Made by a program: the position numbers and the translations under genes. A stretch of 64,000 bases of DNA. It comes from Octopus vulgaris (Eukaryota). The DNA is taken from assembly GCA_951406725.2 (NCBI GenBank), contig OX597824.1, forward strand, positions 4,278,001 to 4,342,000. The letters are read 5' to 3'. This document shows, piece after piece, positions 52,993 to 64,000 of this stretch (positions are counted from its first letter, which is position 1; each line of letters begins with the position of its first letter). A model generated the notes under the pieces. The model did not search any database and had not been told where the DNA came from. It saw only the letters and a list, made by a program, of their open reading frames with translations.

Positions 52993-53696
52993 AACACACA
53001 TGTACGCACACACACACACATTGATTGAGTGAGTGAGTCATACGTATATCTAAGTGAAATATTTTGTTTTTAATGACTCCCCAGTTCAGAGGGCAGCTAC
53101 CATTCTTCCTTTTACTGCAGTTGCACCTTCAGATCCAACCTTATGCACTTTACTTTGATATGAAAAAACAAATCCAGTACCGCAGATTAAATTTGCTAAG
53201 GCATTATTACTATGGCAGTGCTGTAGCAGAATATTAATATTGCAGATAGATTATATCATCAATTGCATTCCATAGTTAATCTTCTAAAACCTATTCTGCA
53301 ATGGTCGATATATGTAATTCTTTACCAAATCTCAATATTCTCTATTTACAGCCTTATATTTCATATCAGAGACATCTACAAATTGCAGGACTTAAACACA
53401 TGGATCCACTGAATGGAGTTCAAAAGCTGCCTCACTCAGCTGTGGATTCTAGAATAATGCTTACTCTTATGGTTTTGAAAATAACTATGGAATTTCCATG
53501 GTTACTGCAAGCACATACTGGTATCGGGAAGGTGACTGCTTCGAAATGTCCTATCCAATCCATGCCTGGGTAGAAATACAAGACATCAAAGCAACGATGG
53601 TAATATGTGTAAGTATGTATATTTATTATGTATGTGTGTATTATATATAATTATATGTGTGTGTGTATCTGCATATATTTTATATATATATATATA

Positions 53697-54003
53697 TTAC
53701 CATGACCGACCAGGCTATCAAATGTTGCTACACATTGCTGGTCACAATGCACTTCGCATTGTTTTAGCCTTCAAATGACGCCACCCCGTTGGCTAAGAGA
53801 GCAGGCCAACAGAAGAAAGAGTGAGAGAAAGTTGTGTTGTGGTGAAAGAGTACAGCAGGGATCACCACCACCCCCTGCTGAAACGTCATGAAGCTTTAGG
53901 TGTTTTTGTTCAATAAACACTCACGGCACCCGGTCTGGTAATCGAAACTGCGATCCTACAACTGCGAGTCCGCTGCCCTAACTACTGGGCCATTGAGCCT
54001 CCA
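53697..54003 (-). mobile_element. SINE family E (tRNA head), inserted in (TA)n
   Basis: A box TGGCCCAGTAG and B box GTTTCGATTACC; tail GGGGTGGCGTCATTTGAAGGCTAAAACAATG..TGTGACCAGC. Confidence 0.8.
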
Positions 54004-54123
<120 letters not shown>

Positions 54124-54484
54124 ATAATTGGAGTCTGGACAGCTTCCAGCTGACCAGCTCCATGTCAAACTGTCAAACCTATGCCAGCATGGAAAACAGA
54201 TGTTAAATGATGATGGTGATGATGATGATGATATAAAAGTTCACAAAGCAAACATTGACAGGGACTTTGAAGTTTTGTTGTATAACAGATTCATCAAACT
54301 AAAACTTTTAGTCTTTCAAACAGTTGCACACACTTTGATGTGGTTTGCTAATGTATTTTTGTGATATATATACAAACACACACACATACAGCACACACAC
54401 ACACACACACACAAACACACACAATATCTTAGTGAAATGCTTCAATTGGATGAACAAAAAAATGGTATTTTTGTAATTCCCAGT

Positions 54485-54775
54485 ATCAACCAGACTATAG
54501 AATGCTGTTATACATCGCTGGTCACAATGTGCTTCCCATTGTTTTAGCTTTTAAATGACGCCACCCCATTGGCTAGGCAAGCTGGCCAACACTCCTTCTG
54601 ATTGGAAGGCTATTATTCCGTCCACAGGGTGACCCATTTACAGCCGAGTGGAGTGGAGCAACATGAAATAAAGTGCTTTGCTCAAGAACACAATATGACC
54701 CCTGGTCCAGGAACTGGACCCATGATCTAGTCATCATGAGTGCAATACACCACACCACTAGGCCATGCGCTTTCA
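54485..54775 (-). mobile_element. SINE with family E tail but a different head/core
   Basis: Head GCGCATGGCCTAGTGGT..GGTCCAGTTCCTGGACC; core TGTGTTCTTGAGCAAAGCACTTTATTTC; tail shared with 53697-53810. Confidence 0.8.
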
Positions 54776-55399
54776 CGTTTTCGTAATTATTATATTATAT
54801 TGGAGCTAAGATGTTTCTCCTGGTTTGTATAATATTGTACCATTTTGAAATGAAATTAATGCTTAATTGTAGGAATTAAAAAGAAAAGCCATCTTACCGA
54901 AGAGGAAATGAGAGAAACCAAGTACTTAAGAAATCAAGCCAAGCCATAACTTTAGAGCATCAAAAGAAAATACCTTGTGGTATCTAGTTACATCCCTTTA
55001 TATTCTGAGTAGTTTAAAACATGTCCAAGTCAATTTTGTCTTTCCTTCTCCCAACATAAAATAAATACCAGATAAAACACCATAGACAATATAATCCACT
55101 AAAACCCATGAAGACAGCGCCAAAGCACAGCTATAATTGAATGCCTGAAGGTATTAAAAGAGCTCTTTTAAGCAGCCGCATCCTATTACTTGTTTTGTGA
55201 CAGGGGTAGGATGAATTTCAATAACCAGTAAAATTTCAACTGTACTCAAAGATCCATGAAACAGCCACATTTATTTAAGCAGTAAAAACCAGTAACACAT
55301 TTTATCCTCTTATATAAATGCAATCCTTGAACACAGCTATCTTCACCATCTTCCTTTTCAACATCTATTTTTCTATGATTGACGCTGATATTCCATAGC

Positions 55400-55845
55400 C
55401 TTTTCTTGTCACTGACCCTCACCTGTTTACCAGCAAAACTATTAACCATCGTACCAACAGCCACCTTGAGCACCTTTTTGAGCTCCATGTGTCTAACACA
55501 TGTGGGCATGCATACAAAGTCAGAAAACAGCACAGCTTCCATGAGTTTTGGAAACATTTTTTAACACTCAGAGTTGCTGAAGCATGGAACAAACTATCTG
55601 CATCAGTTGTTAGTTGCCAAGAATTTGCATCCTTTAAAAACTCCATGTTTCCTGAAATTCAGCAACACTACCCCTGATACCCCACCCCACTCCATACACA
55701 TGCACACATGTCTATCATGGCTCCTGCACTCTTCACTTTCCTGACATTTGTACACAATTCTATGTACTATACATGCACCTTTGATGAATTGTAGTGCACC
55801 TGAGCACTATACACAATAATTTCATTATTATTATTATTATTACTA
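55400..55845 (+). mobile_element. CR1/L2-group LINE 3' end
   Basis: SNTCGHAYKVRKQH..KHFLTLRVAEAWNKLSASVVSCQEFASFK matches the TRGHxxKL..FFxxRVxxxWNxLPxxVV..FK terminus. The 3' UTR ends in (ATT)n. Confidence 0.88.
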
Positions 55846-55993
55846 TTTTCCACCAGTCCAAACATGTTTTCTTGGGAGATTGCAGATAAAAAGCACCACT
55901 TGTGTGATGATAATGTTTGATTATACTTGGTGCAGTATATTGAGAGAAGGAGACAGCAACACACACTCACACCCATCCACACACACACTCATA

Positions 55994-56121
55994 CAATGGA
56001 CATCTTTTCAATACCTGCCAAGACAAATTAGAAGATGCTTGCCCAAGGCACTGCACAATGGGGTTGAACCTGAAACCAAGTAGTTGCTAAAGGAACTTCT
56101 AAACCACACAGCCATGCTTGC
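55994..56121 (-). mobile_element. SINE family A head, diverged
   Basis: AGAAGATGCTTGCCCAAGG..TGAACCTGAAACCA..AACCACACAGCCATGC. Confidence 0.65.
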
Positions 56122-56447
56122 CACAGACATTTATGTATTTTTAAGAAACCAACGCAACATCATCTCTCCTGCATCCAGGCTTCTAACATAAGTCTGTCCA
56201 CTGGAGATGATTTTTCAGCACTACCATTCAACAATGCAATCTCATGTCTTAAATTAAATAACCGTCTCTAAACAACAGACCATATATCCACATACACCAG
56301 TGTGTTTGCAGAGTTAGCAATTGCTGCAGGATGACTTTGCAACACAATTTCATAACCCCAGGTTACAAAGGGTATACATTAGCAGATGTCTCACAGCTAT
56401 GGCTTTTGATATCTCCATTTCCACAGGTTTCTTGTTGCTTTTAGTAT

Positions 56448-56487
<40 letters not shown>

Positions 56488-56514
56488 TAAACTCAGTTAT
56501 AATGCTTCTCATCA

Positions 56515-56880
56515 GTTCTTTTATTCTTTCATTCATTTATTTATTTCAGTCATCTGACTGCAGCCATGCTGGAGCACCGCCTTTAGTTGAACAGATCGAC
56601 CCCAGGACCTATTCTTTGTAAGCCTGGTACTTATTCTATCGGTCTCTTTGGCTCGAACCACTAAGTTACGGGGATGTAAACACACCAGCATTGGCTGTCA
56701 AGCTATGATGGTGGGGACAAACACAGACACACAAACATATACATATATATACGACAGGCTTCTTTCAGTTTCCATCTACCAAATCCACTCACAAGGCTTT
56801 GGATGGTCTGAGGCTATAGTAGAAGACACTTGCCCAAGGTACCATGCAGTGGGACTGAACCTGGAACCATGTGGTTGGCA
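56515..56880 (-). mobile_element. SINE family A, 5'-clipped
   Basis: Collinear with 45249-45580. Confidence 0.9.
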
Positions 56881-57119
56881 TATTTTTTTTATTAAGCTTC
56901 ATTATTTATGAGTAAATAGAGTAAACACAGAAAGACCATTAAAACAAACAGAAATACTATTTACAACTGCAAAGCTTTACGAATTACTGAACTTGAGTAA
57001 AGTGTGGATATTTGTAAAGGCATTAAGGGAGCGGAGAGAAAAAGAGTTGGCTACAACCAACAAGTGAAACATGTTATAACATTTACTAATAGATCCCATT
57101 CATGCAATTGTCAATAATC

Positions 57120-58372
57120 CTGTCTACTAAAGGCACAAGGCTTGAAATTTGGGGGAGGGTGTTAGTTGATTACATTAACCCCCAGCACTCCACTAGTACT
57201 TAATTTATCAACCCTGAAAGGATGAAAGGTAAAGTCAACCCCAGCAGAATTTGAACTCAGAACGTAAGGATGGGCAGCATTTTGCCCGGCGTGCTAATGA
57301 TTCTGCCAGGGAGCCTGTCTGTGACCACTCAACCTGCTACAAAAAAAAAAGAGCCAAATTTCCCTCATTTCAAATCCTAGCTTCTTAAAAAAACACAAAG
57401 GACTCATTGACAAGCATGGTTTTATATCCACGGTCCAACCCATGACAGCATGGAAAGCAGACAAACAACAATAATGATGGTGTTTGGAGGAGAGAGAAAA
57501 AAAATAAAAGACGATGGTTATGGCTGAAGAACCATTGAACATAATCCTACGAGATTAAGACAGATCTGAAACTACTGTGTTGTTGTTGTTGTTACTGAGG
57601 CAATGAACAGACAGAATTGTTAGCTGACTGGGCAAAATGCTTCGTGGCTTTTCATCTGTCTTCATCTTCTGAGTTCAAATTCTGCCAAGGTTGACTTTGC
57701 CTTTCATCCTTTCGGGGTCAATGAAATAAGTATGCGCTGGGACATTGGGGGGAGGGAGGGGGTCAATGGAATCAACTTGCCCCCCCTCCCCCGAACTTGT
57801 TGTCCTTGTGCCAAAAATTTGAAATCATTATTATTATTATTTGAGCTGGCCGATTGAGAGTCGTTAGCACACCAGGCGAAATGCTGAGCGGTATTTCGTC
57901 TGCTCCTACATTCTGAGTTCATATTGCACTGAAGTCAACTTTACCTTTCATCCTTTTGGGGCTCAATAGATTAAGTACTAGTGAAACACTAGGATCGATG
58001 TAACTCACTAATCCCCTTCCTCAAAAAATGGCTGCCCTTGTGGAAAAATTTGAAACCATTATTATTGTTATTATTATTATTTATTGATGATGATGGTGGT
58101 GGTGGTGGTGGTGGTGGTGGTGGTGGTGGCGGTGATGATGATGATGATGATGATAATTCTTTCTACTATAGGCACAAGGTTTGAAATTTTGGGGAAGGGG
58201 TTAAGTCGATTACATCGACCCCAGTACGCAACTGGTACTTATTTAATCAACCCCAAAAGGATGAAAGGCAAAGTCGACCACGGCAGAATTTGAACTCAGA
58301 ATGTAGCAGCAGATGAAATGCTGCTCAGCATTTTTCCCCAGCGTACTAACAATTCTGCTAGCTTTCCACTTT
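57120..58372. mobile_element. Cluster of four SINE family D copies: 57120-57309 (-), 57597-57828 (+), 57843-58057 (+), 58157-58372 (-)
   Basis: Each has the GAGTTCAAAT..GCCTTTCATCCTTT.GGGG core; they are separated by trinucleotide tracts. Confidence 0.9.
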
Positions 58373-59205
58373 AGTAATAATAATGATGATGATGATGATG
58401 ATGATGATAATAATAATTCCATTTTTGTAAAGAGGAAACTTAATCAAAGTTGAAATCTCCACAAATATTTTGAAGCATATTATTTTCTCCGTCTCTCAAT
58501 TCAATAAAAATTTAAAAAATACACTCCTGACATGATTTGAAATGAGGATTGCGAAAACTCCCTCATCTAAACACATATCGTTCGGTCCAACACTTCAAAT
58601 GAAGAGGAGGTGGTGGTGATGATGATGATGATGATGATGATGATGAGGAGGAGGAGGAGGAGGAGGAGGAGGAGGGTTGGGGGAAGGGCTCATCATGAAA
58701 TCATGTTGGTAATGATGATTGTGACTAAAATGAATGAAAATGCTATTGAATATGATGACGCTAAAGAGAACGATGATGATGATGATGATGACAATGATTA
58801 GTGATAATTGCATAAAGAACATAATTCTTGGCAATTTTTTCCCCCAAAATCTTGAAAGCTGCCCAAAGATAAAATAGCACAACGAAGCAGTAAAGAAACA
58901 AGGAACCATTGCAATTTATATTTGTCTCGGACAAAACAGTAAACAGCATATAAGAACGGAATGATGGGACATGTGTTGGCTTGCGTATGCGCGTGTGTGT
59001 GTGTGCAAGTGTGGCATTTATGAGATGAAGACGGAAAGGATGAAAGAGAGGAAAGAAATAAGAGCAAAAGATGAAATGATAAATACGAATGCATACATCT
59101 GTCTATCAAGCTATCTCCATATATACACATTTGGAGAGATACACGCATATACAAATACATACATATACATATATATATGTGTGTGTGTGTGTCTATATGT
59201 ATGTA

Positions 59206-59265
<60 letters not shown>

Positions 59266-60620
59266 AATATATGTGTATATGGGTGTGTGCATGTAGATAT
59301 ATATATATACACACACACACACACATACATACAGATAGAGAGAGAGAGAGAGATTATGTGCGTGTGTGTGTCTGGAGAGAGACATCAGAAGATCTGTTTT
59401 CTGTGAACTTAGGATACACTGTGAAGGGAACAGATAGGGTTATGTGGGAAACAGGACGGGTGGTGATGCTGGTGACAGGGACGAAGAGTTTGAAAGGGTT
59501 TAGGTGGTGTGTGTGTGTGTGTGTGTGGAGAGAGAGAGAAAGAGAGAGAAAGGGACAGACAGAAAAAACAGAGATAGAGAGAGGGAGAAAGAGAGAGAAA
59601 ATGCATGAGAAAGTGAGAGAGATAGAGAAGGTAAGTATAAAAGTTGAAGGATACAAGGAGAGAAGAATGAGAATCGAAGGAAAGATCTATCCACTGGAAG
59701 GAAAGAGGGAGAAAGAGAGAGAGAGGGAGAAACTGGGAGAGAAGGAGAGGGAGAGAGAGGAGAGAGAGAGAAATCCAAGAAATATGTGGGTGGCTGTGTC
59801 TGAGGTGGTGGTCATTATTATGATGGTGGTGGCAGTAGGTAGGGGTAACGGGGATGAATTATAGAGATGAAAAAAGAAAATTAATGATGAGATGCCAAGA
59901 GAAAGAGAGAGAGAGAGAGAAGGAGAGAAAGAGAGGGGGATGCTTGAGAGAAATATAGAGATGGAAGTGAAACTAAACGATAAGAGGTAAAGAGGGGGGG
60001 ATGAATGAATGACGGAGAAAATGGAAAGAAGAAATAACGAAAGAAAAGCAATTAAGATTTCTGCGGCAGTGATGGTGATGATGGTGGTTTAATATAAAGG
60101 TGCAAATAAAGGTGTAAAACAATAGGAAAATGAGCTTCGACATAAAAGAGAGGACCTGTCCCTCAACTGGAATGATTTTATGAATTTTTTTCCCTTTTTA
60201 GTTGACATTTGTAAGTTATAACTCAAGGAATAGGTGTTTGTTTGACCTGTTTGTTTATTTCAGTTGGCTAAATTCAGTGTGTGTGAATGTGTGTGTGTGT
60301 GGGGGGGGGGAGAGAAAAAGAATGAAATGTGTTTGTGTGTATGTGTATGTGTGTCTATGTGTATGCATATGTTTGTGTTTTATATATATATAAATATATA
60401 TATATATATAGATATATATAGATAGATAGATAGATAGATTCATAGATAGATATAGATATATATACACGCATACATACATGCACACAGATATGCGGGTGTA
60501 TATAAAAATGTGTATGTGTATATTTGTGAGTGAGTGTGTGTGTCGTTGGGAGAGAGAGAGAGAGAGATGAGTAGAAGAATGAGGTGGAGGTTGTGTGAGG
60601 AAGGGGTGGTCCAGTAAACT

Positions 60621-60714
60621 TCATATTTGCACCGAATGGTTCCAGCCCAGGCTGCAGTTATTATCGACACAGATGTGATCAATAAACACTGACGGGATGT
60701 GGAACAATAGTGGT
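60621..60714 (-). CDS. Candidate terminal exon PLLFHIPSVFIDHICVDNNCSLGWNHSVQI*
   Basis: Unique island between (GA)n tracts. Pyrimidine tract plus CTAGCAG acceptor; frame uncertain. Confidence 0.3.
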
Positions 60715-60744
60715 CTGCTAGCACAAGATGGGAAGCGGATAGAC

Positions 60745-60974
60745 ATGAGAGAGGGGGGGAGAGGAAGGAGAGAGGGGAGAGAGAGAGTGAGAGGAAAAAG
60801 TGAGGATGAAAGGAAGAAGTTGAATGATAAAAAAGGAATCTATACATAAAGAAAGGAAGATTAGTTAAAAAGAAATGAGGATATGAAGATCAAAATAAAG
60901 ATGGAGAGAGAGAGAGAAGGAGAGAGAGAGAGAGAGAGAGAGAAGGAGAGAGAAAGAGAGAGAAGGAGAGAGAA

Positions 60975-61017
<43 letters not shown>

Positions 61018-62410
61018 GTAAATTGTGGGTAGATTCGATAGTTCTGTGTAGGAAAAGAAGAGAAATGAGAAGTAAAAAGGAAAGAGTAAGAGACATGTTA
61101 AGAAATATATAAAAGAGAGGGTAGAAGTCAACATGAATAAATAAAAGAGAAGAAAAATGGACAGAGTTAAGTTGAGAGAGTGTGGAGGAGATAATCAATA
61201 AAATACAGAATAAAGAAGAGAGTAGGGGGAGGGGGATAGAGAGAAGAGGGAAGAGAAAGAAAGGAAGATGGGAAGGAAAAGATTCGAGAAAAACAGAAAT
61301 GATGAAAATGTGAAAGAGAAAAAAAAAAGAGAGAAGAGAGAAGGGAGATAATAACTGAAAGAGTATTAAAGTATGTGAGAGAGAGAGAGAGAGAAATAGA
61401 GTGACATGAAAAGAATGAGAGAGAAGAAGTAAAATGATCAAAAAGAAAGAAGGGGAAAAGGATTTGAGTAGAAATGAAACTAGTGGAAAGAATATGAGTG
61501 AGAGAAAAAGAGAATGGTTTTTAGTGAATGAAAGAGAGAGAGAGAGAGAGTGTGTGAGAAAGAGAGAGAGAGAATCGATATGAGAGGAGAGTGAAACTTG
61601 TATAAAGAAGAGAAAAAGCTATGAGAAAAAAATCAGGAGAGAGGATGGGTAAAAAGGATGAGAATATAGAGAGAGAGGGTGAGAAAGAGTTAATAAGGGA
61701 AAGAGGAAAGGGTAAGTAGTGAGGGGTAGAAAGAGACATCAGTAAAGAGGTAGGAGAAAAAGAGAGAGAGAGAGAGGTGAGTAACGATAGTGAAAGTAAA
61801 GATAAGTAAGACAAAGTGAAAGTTAATACAAAATAGATAGGAAGAGAAAGTGAAAGTAGAATGATGGAGCTGCAAAATGACAAAGTGAAAAGGAGAAGCA
61901 GGGGAGGGAGGGAGGGAAGGAGGGAGAGAGAGAGAGATGAAGAGAAAACAGTATTGAGAAAGTGAAATTAAATGAAAAAAAGTGAAAGTTAGATGAAGAA
62001 TGAGAGGGAGAGCTGGAGGGAAAGGAAGAGGAAAGATATTAAGAAAGTGAAAATAGAAGAAGCAATGAGTTAATGTAAGTGAGAAATTCAGAAGAGGATG
62101 AGAGAGAGAGATGGGAAGAGGGAGTAAAGGTAAGAAATTGGAGGAAGTAGAGGTATGTGATAGAGAGAAGGAGAGTGTAGAAGAGGAAGGAGAAGATGAG
62201 AGAAAGAATGAGGAAAGTAACAAAGTTAGAGAGAGAGAGAGAGAGAGAGTGAGTGAAGGATAGAGAGAGATTGGCTGCTGATGAGTGGGAGATGGTTTAG
62301 TGACAGAATGAGTGTATGAAGCAGAGAGAGAGAGAGGGAGAGGGAGAGAGAGAGAGGGCCAGACGGACAGACAGGGGAAAGAGAGAGACAGAGAGGAAGT
62401 AAATAGGGAA
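60745..62410 (+). repeat. 1.7 kb purine-rich low-complexity domain
   Basis: Directly visible; very few C residues. Confidence 0.95.
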
Positions 62411-62439
62411 ACATCGTACCATCATAATCACTATGTCTA

Positions 62440-62615
62440 CTGTTAATTGTTGTTGCTATTGTTGTTGTTGTTTTCTATCTACGTTGCTGTTGCTATGCCT
62501 GTTGCTGCTGTTGTTGTTGTGATTGCTGCTGCCGCCGCTGCCTTGTAATGCTGCTGTTCCGATTATCAGTGCTATCACTGCTGCTGCTGCTGCTGCTGTT
62601 GATGCTGTAGTAGTG

Positions 62616-62665
<50 letters not shown>

Positions 62666-63530
62666 TGTAATTGTTGTTGCTCCAGTTAACGCTGCTGCTG
62701 GTGCTGCTGTTTCTGCTGCTGTTGCTGCTGTCGGCTCTCGGTGCCGCTGTTGATATTACTGGCACACTTGCTGCCGCCACTGCCGCCGACGCTGCTGCTG
62801 CCGGTGCTGCTGCTGCTGCTCTTGTTTGTTGTTATTACAGCTTAATAATGTTCTTGCACTTATTGCCGTTTACATTTCTGCTGCTGTCATTGCTGCTGCT
62901 GGTGCTGTTACTGGTAGATTTTGTTGCTGCGACTGCTGCTGCTGTTGCTGTTGCTGCTGTTGATGACATTACTATAAATGTTGTTCTCACTGTTGTTACG
63001 GTTGCTGTTTCTATTAACGAGGCTGTTGCAGCCGCCGCAGTCGTTACTAATGGCTCGGATCTTACGCTGCAGTTGTTGCTGCTGCTGCTGTTGTTGTTGT
63101 TATTGTTATTTACTGTACATATGCTATTTTTGTTGTTGTTGTTATAGTAGCTGATGATGATGCTGCTGCTGCTGATGGTGATGATGATGGTGATGGTGAT
63201 GATGATGGTGATGATGATGACAAGGTTTTGATGTAGTAACCACAGCTATTGGTACCATTGTAACAGCTGCTGCTGCTGCTGCTGCTGCTGTGCTACTGGT
63301 GCTATTGATATCATTGTTGTTTCTACTGCTGCTGCTGCTGCCGCTGCTGCTACCACTATTGACTTGTTACTGCTGTTGTTGTGGTTGTTGTTGTTATTGT
63401 TTATGCTGATGATGATACCAATGATGACGATGATGACAACGGCAGTGATGGCGACGGAGGCGGCGGCTAGTGATGACGACGATGATGATGATGATGATGA
63501 TGATGCTGTTGTTATTGGAGATGCTGGCAG
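62440..63530 (+). repeat. Degenerate (GCT/GTT/GTA/GAT)n trinucleotide domain
   Basis: Directly visible. Confidence 0.9.
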
Positions 63531-63739
63531 AGGCAAGTTAGCAAGCGAAGCGATGTGAACTGCAGTCAGGGATGAAGAAGACAGGGAACTGCATAATTAT
63601 GGCGGACAGTGTACTGTTGCACTGTTGCAAGGTAGGAGGAGGAGGAGCAGGAGCAGGAGCAGGAGGGGGAGCCGGAGGAGGAGGAGGAGGAGGAGGCATA
63701 TCAAATGGTGAAAGAAGAACTGTTGTATGTATGTATATG

Positions 63740-63950
63740 CCCTAGGTCAGCCCTGACTGAGCAGAGTTTTAAGCAAAGACATTCCAACCATAACCACCCC
63801 GCCTTCTTTTTATGAGTATCTAGGACTACATTATCCAATGATTTTTTTTTCTTCTTCTTCTTTCCTATTTAAGATGGCAGGTGAGTGATTTCAGGGAGAT
63901 CCAGCTGCTGTTTCTAGTGAACTGAGGGACCATGTAGAGGCTCCCATGTT
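63740..63950 (+). repeat. Interspersed repeat; inverted relative at ~57310-57395
   Basis: GGGAGATCCAGCTGCTGTTTCTAG..GACCATGTAGAGGCTCCC versus GGGAGCCTG..CACTCAACCTGCTA..GCCAAATTTCCCTC. Confidence 0.5.
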
Positions 63951-64000
63951 GGCTTACAGTTGTTGTTGTTGTTGTTATCCGGGTGATAGAAGTGATGTTA

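Noticed and set aside
51961-53573. Plus-strand acceptors at 51989 and ~53351 with short ORFs
   Set aside because: No donors or recognisable product. Noted as evidence that such signals also arise on the other strand, which weakens the exon-array idea.
62493-63558. Poly-Q/S/A/N ORFs as a low-complexity coding exon
   Set aside because: No frame stays open across the domain and the repeat register changes often.

Overview
AT-rich eukaryotic DNA dominated by microsatellites ((TA)n, (TG)n, (GA)n, (GATA)n, (TATG)n, (TAA)n, (GAA)n) and by dozens of copies of a few tRNA-derived SINE families. The repeat make-up looks like an octopus (coleoid cephalopod) genome; this is my recognition, not a database result. 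No complete protein-coding gene is visible, and almost all listed ORFs are microsatellite translations. Recognisable relics: a frameshifted Penelope-like RT (12.0-13.6 kb), a second Penelope RT-thumb/GIY-YIG relic (41.7-42.5 kb), two R4/Dong-type RLE LINE 3' ends, RTE and CR1 LINE fragments, and piggyBac-like MITEs. Two hidden signals stand out. (1) Four minimal type I hammerhead ribozyme motifs from three unrelated sequence families, two of them in a palindromic element whose arms read tRNA-like Pol III head -> microsatellite -> hammerhead. (2) A speculative array of short minus-strand acceptor-to-stop segments in unique-sequence islands that could be many alternative C-terminal exons of one large gene. 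SINE family letters A-E are my own labels. Repeat boundaries are approximate.
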